A stretch of 64,000 bases of DNA. Source: Auanema rhodensis. Taxonomy: Eukaryota > Animalia > Nematoda. The translations under genes and the position numbers were made by a program. The stretch lies in the NCBI GenBank assembly GCA_964057225.1, contig OZ059895.1:3844001-3908000 (forward strand). Direction: 5' to 3'. Positions 1 through 10,911 of the stretch are shown in pieces (within the stretch, counting starts at the first letter, position 1; every line of letters begins with the position of its first letter). The notes beneath the pieces were generated by a model. It was not told the DNA's origin and searched no databases. It worked only from the letters and a program-made list of their open reading frames with translations.

Positions 1-46
1 CCTTAAATAATGAACTGACCGACTAATCAGACATGGATCTTTCCTA

Positions 47-113
47 GTTCTGTTGCTTGAATGGATGTTTTCCTACGTAGGCTAGTAAAACATGCCCTTC
101 AAAGCATCAGAAC
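47..113. repeat. 67-bp imperfect inverted repeat present in every monomer (monomer positions 47-113)
   Basis: Left arm GTTCTGTTGC-TTGAATGG-ATGTTTT versus reverse complement of right arm GTTCTGATGCTTTGAAGGGCATGTTTT gives 23 of 27 columns identical. The arms enclose the perfect palindrome CCTACGTAGG (72-81) plus CTAGT. Confidence 0.9.
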
Positions 114-125
114 ATGTGATCACAT
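114..125. repeat. 12-bp perfect palindrome ATGTGATCACAT (interrupted in GTGACCAC and GATCAAA variants)
   Basis: Read directly from the sequence; abuts the right arm of the 67-bp inverted repeat. Confidence 0.9.
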
Positions 126-295
126 TCCAATTTTTTTGTATCGATCTTGTAAAGATAGTAATATATCATATGTTGAACACTATGTTGGAAAGATTTTAAT
201 TCAGATTTTTTCATCTTTCACTCAGTTTGTTTTCTAAACTTTGATTAAGAACCTTGTTGTTTGTACACCCATAAATTATACGCAGCACAGGTTAC

Positions 296-589
296 CCTTA
301 AATAATGAACTGACCGACTAATCAGACATGGATCTTTCCTAGTTCTGTTGCTTGAATGGATGTTTTCCTACGTAGGCTAGTAAAACATGCCCTTCAAAGC
401 ATCAGAACATGTGATCACATTCCAATTTTTTTGTATCTATCTTGTAAAGATAGTAATATATCATATGTTGAACACTATGTTGGAAAGATTTTAATTCAGA
501 TTTTCTAACTTTTATTCAGTTTGTTTTTTAAACTTTGATTAAAAACTTTGATTTTTGTACACCCATAAATTATACGCAGCACAGGTTAC
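296..589 (+). repeat. Representative 294-bp long monomer, type Lb
   Basis: Period from 296 to 590. Diagnostic segment CAGATTTTCTAACTTTTATTCAG and tail AACTTTGATTTTTGTAC. Confidence 0.95.
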
Positions 590-883
590 CCTTAAATAAT
601 GAACTGACCGACTAATCAGACATGGATCTTTCCTAGTTCTGTTGCTTGAATGGATGTTTTCCAACGTAGGCTAGTAAAACATGCCCTTCAAAGCATCAGA
701 ACATGTGATCACATTCCAATTTTTTTGTATCTATCTTGTAAAGATAGTAATATATCATATGTTGAACACTATGTTGGAAAGATTTTAATTCAGATTTTCT
801 AACTTTTATTCAGTTTGTTTTTTAAACTTTGATTAAAAACTTTGATTTTTGTACACCCATAAATTATACGCAGCACAGGTTAC

Positions 884-1092
884 CCTTAAATAATGAACTG
901 ACCGACTAATCAGACATGGATCTTTCCTAGTTCTGTTGCTTGAATGGATGTTTTCCAACGTAGGCTAGTAAAACATGCCCTTCAAAGCATCAGAACATGT
1001 GATCACATTCCAATTTTTTTGTATCTATCTTGTAAAGATAGTAATAAACTTTGATTTTTGTACACCCATAAATTATACGCAGCACAGGTTAC
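884..1092 (+). repeat. Representative 209-bp short monomer, type S
   Basis: Period from 884 to 1093. Junction GATAGTAATA|AACTTTGATTTTTG; lacks the 85 bp corresponding to 459-543 of the Lb monomer at 296. Confidence 0.95.
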
Positions 1093-1804
1093 CCTTAAAT
1101 AATGAACTGACCGACTAATCAGACATGGATCTTTCCTAGTTCTGTTGCTTAAATGGATGTTTTCCTACGTAGGCTAGTAAAACATGCCCTTCAAAGCATC
1201 AGAACATGTGATCACATTCCAATTTTTTTGTATCTATCTTGTAAAGATAGTAATAAACTTTGATTTTTGTACACCCATAAATTATACGCAGCACAGGTTA
1301 CCCTTAAATAATGAACTGACCGACTAATCAGACATGGATCTTTCCAAGTTCTGTTGCTTGAACGGATGTTTTCCTACGTAGGCTAGTAAAACATGCCCTT
1401 CAAAGCATCAGAACATGTGACCACATTCCAATTTTTTTGTATCTATCTTGTAAAGATAGTAATATATCATATGTTGAACACTATGTTGGAAAGATTTTAA
1501 TTCAGATTTTCTAACTTTTAATCAGTTTGTTTTTTAAATTTTGATTAAGAACTTTGATTTTTGTACACCCATAAATTATACGCAGCACAGGTTACCCTTA
1601 AATAATGAACTGACCGACTAATCAGACATGGATCTTTCCTAGTTCTGTTGCTTGAATGGATGTTTTCCTACGTAGGCTAGTAAAACATGCCCTTCAAAGC
1701 ATCAGAACATGTGATCACATTCCAATTTTTTTGTATCTATCTTGTAAAGATAGTAATAAACTTTGATTTTTGTACACCCATAAATTATACGCAGCACAGG
1801 TTAC

Positions 1805-2099
1805 CCTTAAATAATGAACTGACCGACTAATCAGACATGGATCTTTCCAAGTTCTGTTGCTTGAACGGATGTTTTCCTACGTAGGCTAGTAAAACATGCC
1901 CTTCAAAGCATCAGAACATGTGACCACATTCCAATTTTTTTGTATCTATCTTGTAAAGATAGTAATATATCATATGTTGAACACTATGTCGGAAAGATTT
2001 TAATTCAGATTTTTTCAACTTTCACTCAGTTTGTTTTCTAAACTTTGATTAAGAACCTTGTTGTTTGTACACCCATAAAATATACGCAGCACAGGTTAC
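1805..2099 (+). repeat. Representative 295-bp long monomer, type La
   Basis: Period from 1805 to 2100. Diagnostic segment CAGATTTTTTCAACTTTCACTCAG and tail AACCTTGTTGTTTGTACACCCATAAAATATA; usually carries TTTCCAAG, GAACGG and GTGACCAC. Confidence 0.95.
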
Positions 2100-5000
2100 C
2101 CTTAAATAATGAACTGACCGACTAATCAGACATGGATCTTCCCAAGTTCTGTTGCTTGAATGGATGTTTTCCTACGTAGGCTAGTAAAACATGCCTTTCA
2201 AAGCATCAGAACATGTGATCACATTCCAATTTTTTTGTATCTATCTTGTAAAGACAGTAATAAACTTTGATTTTTGTACACCCATAAATTATACGCAGCA
2301 CAGGTTACCCTTAAATAATGAACTGACCGACTAATCAGACATGGATCTTTCCTAGTTCTGTTGCTTGAATGGATGTTTTCCTACGTAGGCTAGTAAAACA
2401 TGCCTTTCAAAGCATCAGAACATGTGATCAAATTCCAATTTTTTTGTATCTATCTTGTAAAGATAGTAATATATCATATGTTGAACACTATGTTGGAAAG
2501 ATTTTAATTCAGATTTTCTAACTTTTATTCAGTTTGTTTTTTAAACTTTGATTAAAAACTTTGATTTTTGTACACCCATAAATTATACGCAGCACAGGTT
2601 ACCCTTAAATAATGAACTGACCGACTAATCAGACATGGATCTTTCCTAGTTCTGTTGCTTGAATGGATGTTTTCCAACGTAGGCTAGTGAAACATGCCCT
2701 TCAAAGCATCAGAACATGTGATCACATTCCAATTTTTTTGTATCTATCTTGTAAAGATAGTAATAAACTTTGATTTTTGTACACCCATAAATTATACGCA
2801 GCACAGGTTACCCTTAAATAATGAACTGACCGACTAATCAGACATGGATCTTTCCTAGTTCTGTTGCTTGAATGGATGTTTTCCTACGTAGGCTAGTAAA
2901 ACATGCCCTTCAAAGCATCAGAACATGTGATCACATTCCAATTTTTTTGTATCTATCTTGTAAAGATAGTAATAAACTTTGATTTTTGTACACCCATAAA
3001 TTATACGCAGCACAGGTTACCCTTAAATAATGAACTGACCGACTAATCAGACATGGATCTTTCCAAGTTCTGTTGCTTGAACGGATGTTTTCCTACGTAG
3101 GCTAGTAAAACATGCCCTTCAAAGCATCAGAACATGTGACCACATTCCAATTTTTTTGTATCTATCTTGTAAAGATAGTAATATATCATATGTTGAACAC
3201 TATGTTGGAAAGATTTTAATTCAGATTTTCTAACTTTTAATCAGTTTGTTTTTTAAATTTTGATTAAGAACTTTGATTTTTGTACACCCATAAATTATAC
3301 GCAGCACAGGTTACCCTTAAATAATGAACTGACCGACTAATCAGACATGGATCTTTCCTAGTTCTGTTGCTTGAATGGATGTTTTCCTACGTAGGCTAGT
3401 AAAACATGCCCTTCAAAGCATCAGAACATGTGATCACATTCCAATTTTTTTGTATCTATCTTGTAAAGATAGTAATAAACTTTGATTTTTGTACACCCAT
3501 AAATTATACGCAGCACAGGTTACCCTTAAATAATGAACTGACCGACTAATCAGACATGGATCTTTCCAAGTTCTGTTGCTTGAACGGATGTTTTCCTACG
3601 TAGGCTAGTAAAACATGCCCTTCAAAGCATCAGAACATGTGACCACATTCCAATTTTTTTGTATCTATCTTGTAAAGATAGTAATATATCATATGTTGAA
3701 CACTATGTCGGAAAGATTTTAATTCAGATTTTTTCAACTTTCACTCAGTTTGTTTTCTAAACTTTGATTAAGAACCTTGTTGTTTGTACACCCATAAAAT
3801 ATACGCAGCACAGGTTACCCTTAAATAATGAACTGACCGACTAATCAGACATGGATCTTCCCAAGTTCTGTTGCTTGAATGGATGTTTTCCTACGTAGGC
3901 TAGTAAAACATGCCTTTCAAAGCATCAGAACATGTGATCACATTCCAATTTTTTTGTATCTATCTTGTAAAGACAGTAATATATCTTATGTTGAACACTA
4001 TGTTGGAAAGATTTTAATTCAGATTTTCTAACTTTTATTCAGTTTGTTTTTTAAACTTTGATTAAGAACTTTGATTTTTGTACACCCATAAATTATACGC
4101 AGCACAGGTTACCCTTAAATAATGAACTGACCGACTAATCAGACATGGATCTTTCCTAGTTCTGTTGCTTGAATGGATGTTTTCCTACGTAGGCTAGTAA
4201 AACATGCCCTTCAAAGCATCAGAACATGTGATCACATTCCAATTTTTTTGTATCTATCTTGTAAAGATAGTAATATATCATATGTTGAACACTATGTTGG
4301 AAAGATTTTAATTCAGATTTTCTAACTTTTATTCAGTTTGTTTTTTAAACTTTGATTAAGAACTTTGATTTTTGTACACCCATAAATTATACGCAGCACA
4401 GCTTACCCTTAAATAATGAACTGACCGACTAATCAGACATGGATCTTTCCTAGTTCTGTTGCTTGAATGGATGTTTTCCTACGTAGGCTAGTAAAACATG
4501 CCCTTCAAAGCATCAGAACATGTGATCACATTCCAATTTTTTTGTATCGATCTTGTAAAGATAGTAATATATCATATGTTGAACACTATGTTGGAAAGAT
4601 TTTAATTCAGATTTTCTAACTTTTATTCAGTTTGTTTTTTAAACTTTGATTAAGAACTTCGATTTTTGTACACCCATAAATTATACGCAGCACAGGTTAC
4701 CCTTAAATAATGAACTGACCGACTAATCAGACATGGATCTTTCCTAGTTCTGTTGCTTGAATGGATGTTTTCCTACGTAGGCTAGTAAAACATGCCCTTC
4801 AAAGCATCAGAACATGTGATCACATTCCAATTTTTTTGTATCTATCTTGTAAAGATAGTAATAAACTTTGATTTTTGTACACCCATAAATTATACGCAGC
4901 ACAGGTTACCCTTAAATAATGAACTGACCGACTAATCAGACATGGATCTTTCCAAGTTCTGTTGCTTGAACGGATGTTTTCCTACGTAGGCTAGTAAAAC

Positions 5001-8000
5001 ATGCCCTTCAAAGCATCAGAACATGTGACCACATTCCAATTTTTTTGTATCTATCTTGTAAAGATAGTGATATATCATATGTTGAACACTATGTTGGAAA
5101 GATTTTAATTCAGATTTTTTCAACTTTCACTCAATTTGTTTTCTAAACTTTGATTAAGAACCTTGTTGTTTGTACACCCATAAAATATACGCAGCACAGG
5201 TTACCCTTAAATAATGAACTGACCGACTAATCAGACATGGATCTTCCCAAGTTCTGTTGCTTGAATGGATGTTTTCCTACGTAGGCTAGTAAAACATGCC
5301 CTTCAAAGCATCAGAACATGTGATCACATTCCAATTTTTTTGTATCTATCTTGTAAAGATAGTAATATATCATATGTTGAACACTATGTTGGAAAGATTT
5401 TAATTCAGATTTTCTAACTTTTATTCAGTTTGTTTTTTAAACTTTGATTAAGAACTTTGATTTTTGTACACCCATAAATTATACGCAGCACAGGTTACCC
5501 TTAAATAATGAACTGACCGACTAATCAGACATGGATCTTTCCTAGTTCTGTTGCTTGAATGGATGTTTTCCTACGTAGGCTAGTAAAACATGCCCTTCAA
5601 AGCATCAGAACATGTGATCACATTCCAATTTTTTTGTATCGATCTTGTAAAGATAGTAATATATCATATGTTGAACACTATGTTGGAAAGATTTTAATTC
5701 AGATTTTCTAACTTTTATTCAGTTTGTTTTTTAAACTTTGATTAAGAACTTTGATTTTTGTACACCCATAAATTATACGCAGCACAGGTTACCCTTAAAT
5801 AATGAACTGACCGACTAATCAGACATGGATCTTTCCTAGTTCTGTTGCTTGAATGGATGTTTTCCTACGTAGGCTAGTAAAACATGCCCTTCAAAGCATC
5901 AGAACATGTGATCACATTCCAATTTTTTTGTATCGATCTTGTAAAGATAGTAATATATCATATGTTGAACACTATGTTGGAAAGATTTTAATTCAGATTT
6001 TTTCATCTTTCACTCAGTTTGTTTTCTAAACTTTGATTAAGAACCTTGTTGTTTGTACACCCATAAATTATACGCAGCACAGGTTACCCTTAAATAATGA
6101 ACTGACCGACTAATCAGACATGAATCTTTCCTAGTTCTGTTGCTTGAATGGATGTTTTCCTACGTAGGCTAGTAAAACATGCCCTTCAAAGCATCAGAAC
6201 ATGTGATCACATTCCAATTTTTTTGTATCTATCTTGTAAAGATAGTAATATATCATATGTTGAACACTATGTTGGAAAGATTTTAATTCAGATTTTCTAA
6301 CTTTTATTCAGTTTGTTTTTTAAACTTTGATTAAAAACTTTGATTTTTGTACACCCATAAATTATACGCAGCACAGGTTACCCTTAAATAATGAACTGAC
6401 CGACTAATCAGACATGGATCTTTCCTAGTTCTGTTGCTTGAATGGATGTTTTCCAACGTAGGCTAGTAAAACATGCCCTTCAAAGCATCAGAACATGTGA
6501 TCACATTCCAATTTTTTTGTATCTATCTTGTAAAGATAGTAATATATCATATGTTGAACACTATGTTGGAAAGATTTTAATTCAGATTTTCTAACTTTTA
6601 TTCAGTTTGTTTTTTAAACTTTGATTAAAAACTTTGATTTTTGTACACCCATAAATTATACGCAGCACAGGTTACCCTTAAATAATGAACTGACCGACTA
6701 ATCAGACATGGATCTTTCCTAGTTCTGTTGCTTGAATGGATGTTTTCCAACGTAGGCTAGTAAAACATGCCCTTCAAAGCATCAGAACATGTGATCACAT
6801 TCCAATTTTTTTGTATCTATCTTGTAAAGATAGTAATAAACTTTGATTTTTGTACACCCATAAATTATACGCAGCACAGGTTACCCTTAAATAATGAACT
6901 GACCGACTAATCAGACATGGATCTTTCCTAGTTCTGTTGCTTGAATGGATGTTTTCCTACGTAGGCTAGTAAAACATGCCCTTCAAAGCATCAGAACATG
7001 TGATCACATTCCAATTTTTTTGTATCTATCTTGTAAAGATAGTAATAAACTTTGATTTTTGTACACCCATAAATTATACGCAGCACAGGTTACCCTTAAA
7101 TAATGAACTGACCGACTAATCAGACATGGATCTTTCCAAGTTCTGTTGCTTGAACGGATGTTTTCCTACGTAGGCTAGTAAAACATGCCCTTCAAAGCAT
7201 CAGAACATGTGACCACATTCCAATTTTTTTGTATCTATCTTGTAAAGATAGTAATATATCATATGTTGAACACTATGTTGGAAAGATTTTAATTCAGATT
7301 TTCTAACTTTTAATCAGTTTGTTTTTTAAATTTTGATTAAGAACTTTGATTTTTGTACACCCATAAATTATACGCAGCACAGGTTACCCTTAAATAATGA
7401 ACTGACCGACTAATCAGACATGGATCTTTCCTAGTTCTGTTGCTTGAATGGATGTTTTCCTACGTAGGCTAGTAAAACATGCCCTTCAAAGCATCAGAAC
7501 ATGTGATCACATTCCAATTTTTTTGTATCTATCTTGTAAAGATAGTAATAAACTTTGATTTTTGTACACCCATAAATTATACGCAGCACAGGTTACCCTT
7601 AAATAATGAACTGACCGACTAATCAGACATGGATCTTTCCAAGTTCTGTTGCTTGAACGGATGTTTTCCTACGTAGGCTAGTAAAACATGCCCTTCAAAG
7701 CATCAGAACATGTGACCACATTCCAATTTTTTTGTATCTATCTTGTAAAGATAGTAATATATCATATGTTGAACACTATGTCGGAAAGATTTTAATTCAG
7801 ATTTTTTCAACTTTCACTCAGTTTGTTTTCTAAACTTTGATTAAGAACCTTGTTGTTTGTACACCCATAAAATATACGCAGCACAGGTTACCCTTAAATA
7901 ATGAACTGACCGACTAATCAGACATGGATCTTCCCAAGTTCTGTTGCTTGAATGGATGTTTTCCTACGTAGGCTAGTAAAACATGCCTTTCAAAGCATCA

Positions 8001-10911
8001 GAACATGTGATCACATTCCAATTTTTTTGTATCTATCTTGTAAAGACAGTAATAAACTTTGATTTTTGTACACCCATAAATTATACGCAGCACAGGTTAC
8101 CCTTAAATAATGAACTGACCGACTAATCAGACATGGATCTTCCCAAGTTCTGTTGCTTGAATGGATGTTTTCCCACGTAGGCTAGTAAAACATGCCCTTC
8201 AAAGCATCAGAACATGTGATCACATTCCAATTTTTTTGTATCTATCTTGTAAAGATAGTAATAAACTTTGATTTTTGTACACCCATAAATTATACGCAGC
8301 ACAGGTTACCCTTAAATAATGAACTGACCGACTAATCAGACATGGATCTTTCCAAGTTCTGTTGCTTGAACGGATGTTTTCCTACGTAGGCTAGTAAAAC
8401 ATGCCCTTCAAAGCATCAGAACATGTGACCACATTCCAATTTTTTTGTATCTATCTTGTAAAGATAGTAATATATCATATGTTGAACACTATGTCGGAAA
8501 GATTTTAATTCAGATTTTTTCAACTTTCACTCAGTTTGTTTTCTAAACTTTGATTAAGAACCTTGTTGTTTGTACACCCATAAAATATACGCAGCACAGG
8601 TTACCCTTAAATAATGAACTGACCGACTAATCAGACATGGATCTTCCCAAGTTCTGTTGCTTGAATGGATGTTTTCCTACGTAGGCTAGTAAAACATGCC
8701 TTTCAAAGCATCAGAACATGTGATCACATTCCAATTTTTTTGTATCTATCTTGTAAAGACAGTAATAAACTTTGATTTTTGTACACCCATAAATTATACG
8801 CAGCACAGGTTACCCTTAAATAATGAACTGACCGACTAATCAGACATGGATCTTTCCTAGTTCTGTTGCTTGAATGGATGTTTTCCTACGTAGGCTAGTA
8901 AAACATGCCTTTCAAAGCATCAGAACATGTGATCAAATTCCAATTTTTTTGTATCTATCTTGTAAAGATAGTAATATATCATATGTTGAACACTATGTTG
9001 GAAAGATTTTAATTCAGATTTTCTAACTTTTATTCAGTTTGTTTTTTAAACTTTGATTAAAAACTTTGATTTTTGTACACCCATAAATTATACGCAGCAC
9101 AGGTTACCCTTAAATAATGAACTGACCGACTAATCAGACATGGATCTTTCCTAGTTCTGTTGCTTGAATGGATGTTTTCCAACGTAGGCTAGTAAAACAT
9201 GCCCTTCAAAGCATCAGAACATGTGATCACATTCCAATTTTTTTGTATCTATCTTGTAAAGATAGTAATAAACTTTGATTTTTGTACACCCATAAATTAT
9301 ACGCAGCACAGGTTACCCTTAAATAATGAACTGACCGACTAATCAGACATGGATCTTTCCTAGTTCTGTTGCTTGAATGGATGTTTTCCTACGTAGGCTA
9401 GTAAAACATGCCCTTCAAAGCATCAGAACATGTGATCACATTCCAATTTTTTTGTATCTATCTTGTAAAGATAGTAATAAACTTTGATTTTTGTACACCC
9501 ATAAATTATACGCGGCACAGGTTACCCTTAAATAATGAACTGACCGACTAATCAGACATGGATCTTTCCAAGTTCTGTTGCTTGAACGGATGTTTTCCTA
9601 CGTAGGCTAGTAAAACATGCCCTTCAAAGCATCAGAACATGTGACCACATTCCAATTTTTTTGTATCTATCTTGTAAAGATAGTAATATATCATATGTTG
9701 AACACTATGTTGGAAAGATTTTAATTCAGATTTTCTAACTTTTAATCAGTTTGTTTTTTAAATTTTGATTAAGAACTTTGATTTTTGTACACCCATAAAT
9801 TATACGCAGCACAGGTTACCCTTAAATAATGAACTGACCGACTAATCAGACATGGATCTTTCCTAGTTCTGTTGCTTGAATGGATGTTTTCCTACGTAGG
9901 CTAGTAAAACATGCCCTTCAAAGCATCAGAACATGTGATCACATTCCAATTTTTTTGTATCTATCTTGTAAAGATAGTAATAAACTTTGATTTTTGTACA
10001 CCCATAAATTATACGCAGCACAGGTTACCCTTAAATAATGAACTGACCGACTAATCAGACATGGATCTTTCCAAGTTCTGTTGCTTGAACGGATGTTTTC
10101 CTACGTAGGCTAGTAAAACATGCCCTTCAAAGCATCAGAACATGTGACCACATTCCAATTTTTTTGTATCTATCTTGTAAAGATAGTAATATATCATATG
10201 TTGAACACTATGTCGGAAAGATTTTAATTCAGATTTTTTCAACTTTCACTCAGTTTGTTTTCTAAACTTTGATTAAGAACCTTGTTGTTTGTACACCCAT
10301 AAAATATACGCAGCACAGGTTACCCTTAAATAATGAACTGACCGACTAATCAGACATGGATCTTCCCAAGTTCTGTTGCTTGAATGGATGTTTTCCTACG
10401 TAGGCTAGTAAAACATGCCTTTCAAAGCATCAGAACATGTGATCACATTCCAATTTTTTTGTATCTATCTTGTAAAGACAGTAATATATCTTATGTTGAA
10501 CACTATGTTGGAAAGATTTTAATTCAGATTTTCTAACTTTTATTCAGTTTGTTTTTTAAACTTTGATTAAGAACTTTGATTTTTGTACACCCATAAATTA
10601 TACGCAGCACAGGTTACCCTTAAATAATGAACTGACCGACTAATCAGACATGGATCTTTCCTAGTTCTGTTGCTTGAATGGATGTTTTCCTACGTAGGCT
10701 AGTAAAACATGCCCTTCAAAGCATCAGAACATGTGATCACATTCCAATTTTTTTGTATCTATCTTGTAAAGATAGTAATATATCATATGTTGAACACTAT
10801 GTTGGAAAGATTTTAATTCAGATTTTCTAACTTTTATTCAGTTTGTTTTTTAAACTTTGATTAAGAACTTTGATTTTTGTACACCCATAAATTATACGCA
10901 GCACAGCTTAC

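Larger units (their letters stand above)
1..10911 (+). repeat. HOR domain 1: 22-monomer, 5792-bp unit plus a partial second copy carrying a 713-bp trimer duplication
   Basis: The rare monomer with TATCGATC and TCATCTTTC occurs at 1 and 5793, and the order of types and rare variants (ATGTCGG, AAGACAGT, GATCAAA, CAGCTTA) repeats. The offset becomes 6505 after the extra trimer at 8101-8813. An internal 7-mer of 1719 bp is seen (1302 and 3021). Confidence 0.85.

Noticed and set aside
72-86. Helitron 3' end (hairpin followed by CTAG|T)
   Set aside because: The palindrome is short and directly abuts CTAG instead of lying about 10 bp upstream. There are no other Helitron features, and it is better explained as part of the larger palindrome.
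15-112. Hammerhead ribozyme, as known in newt, schistosome and cricket satellites
   Set aside because: The candidate cores CTGACCGA (+), CTGATGC and CTGATTA (-) do not match CUGANGA, and I found no correctly placed stem II plus GAAA.
1-295. 5S rRNA, tRNA or rDNA spacer repeat unit
   Set aside because: No recognisable 5S sequence, tRNA cloverleaf or A/B boxes, and no flanking rRNA sequence in 64 kb.
453-543. 85-bp module as a spliced-out intron (GTAATA...TTAAG in most Lb copies)
   Set aside because: Short monomers retain GTAATA, so the missing segment begins with TA rather than GT. The junction does not fit splicing on either strand.
653-669. CENP-B-box-like CTACGTTGGAAAACATC on the minus strand of CCAACG variants
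   Set aside because: It shares CGTTGGAAA with the box but matches only 4 of the 9 essential bases (NTTCGNNNNANNCGGGN) and lacks CGGG.
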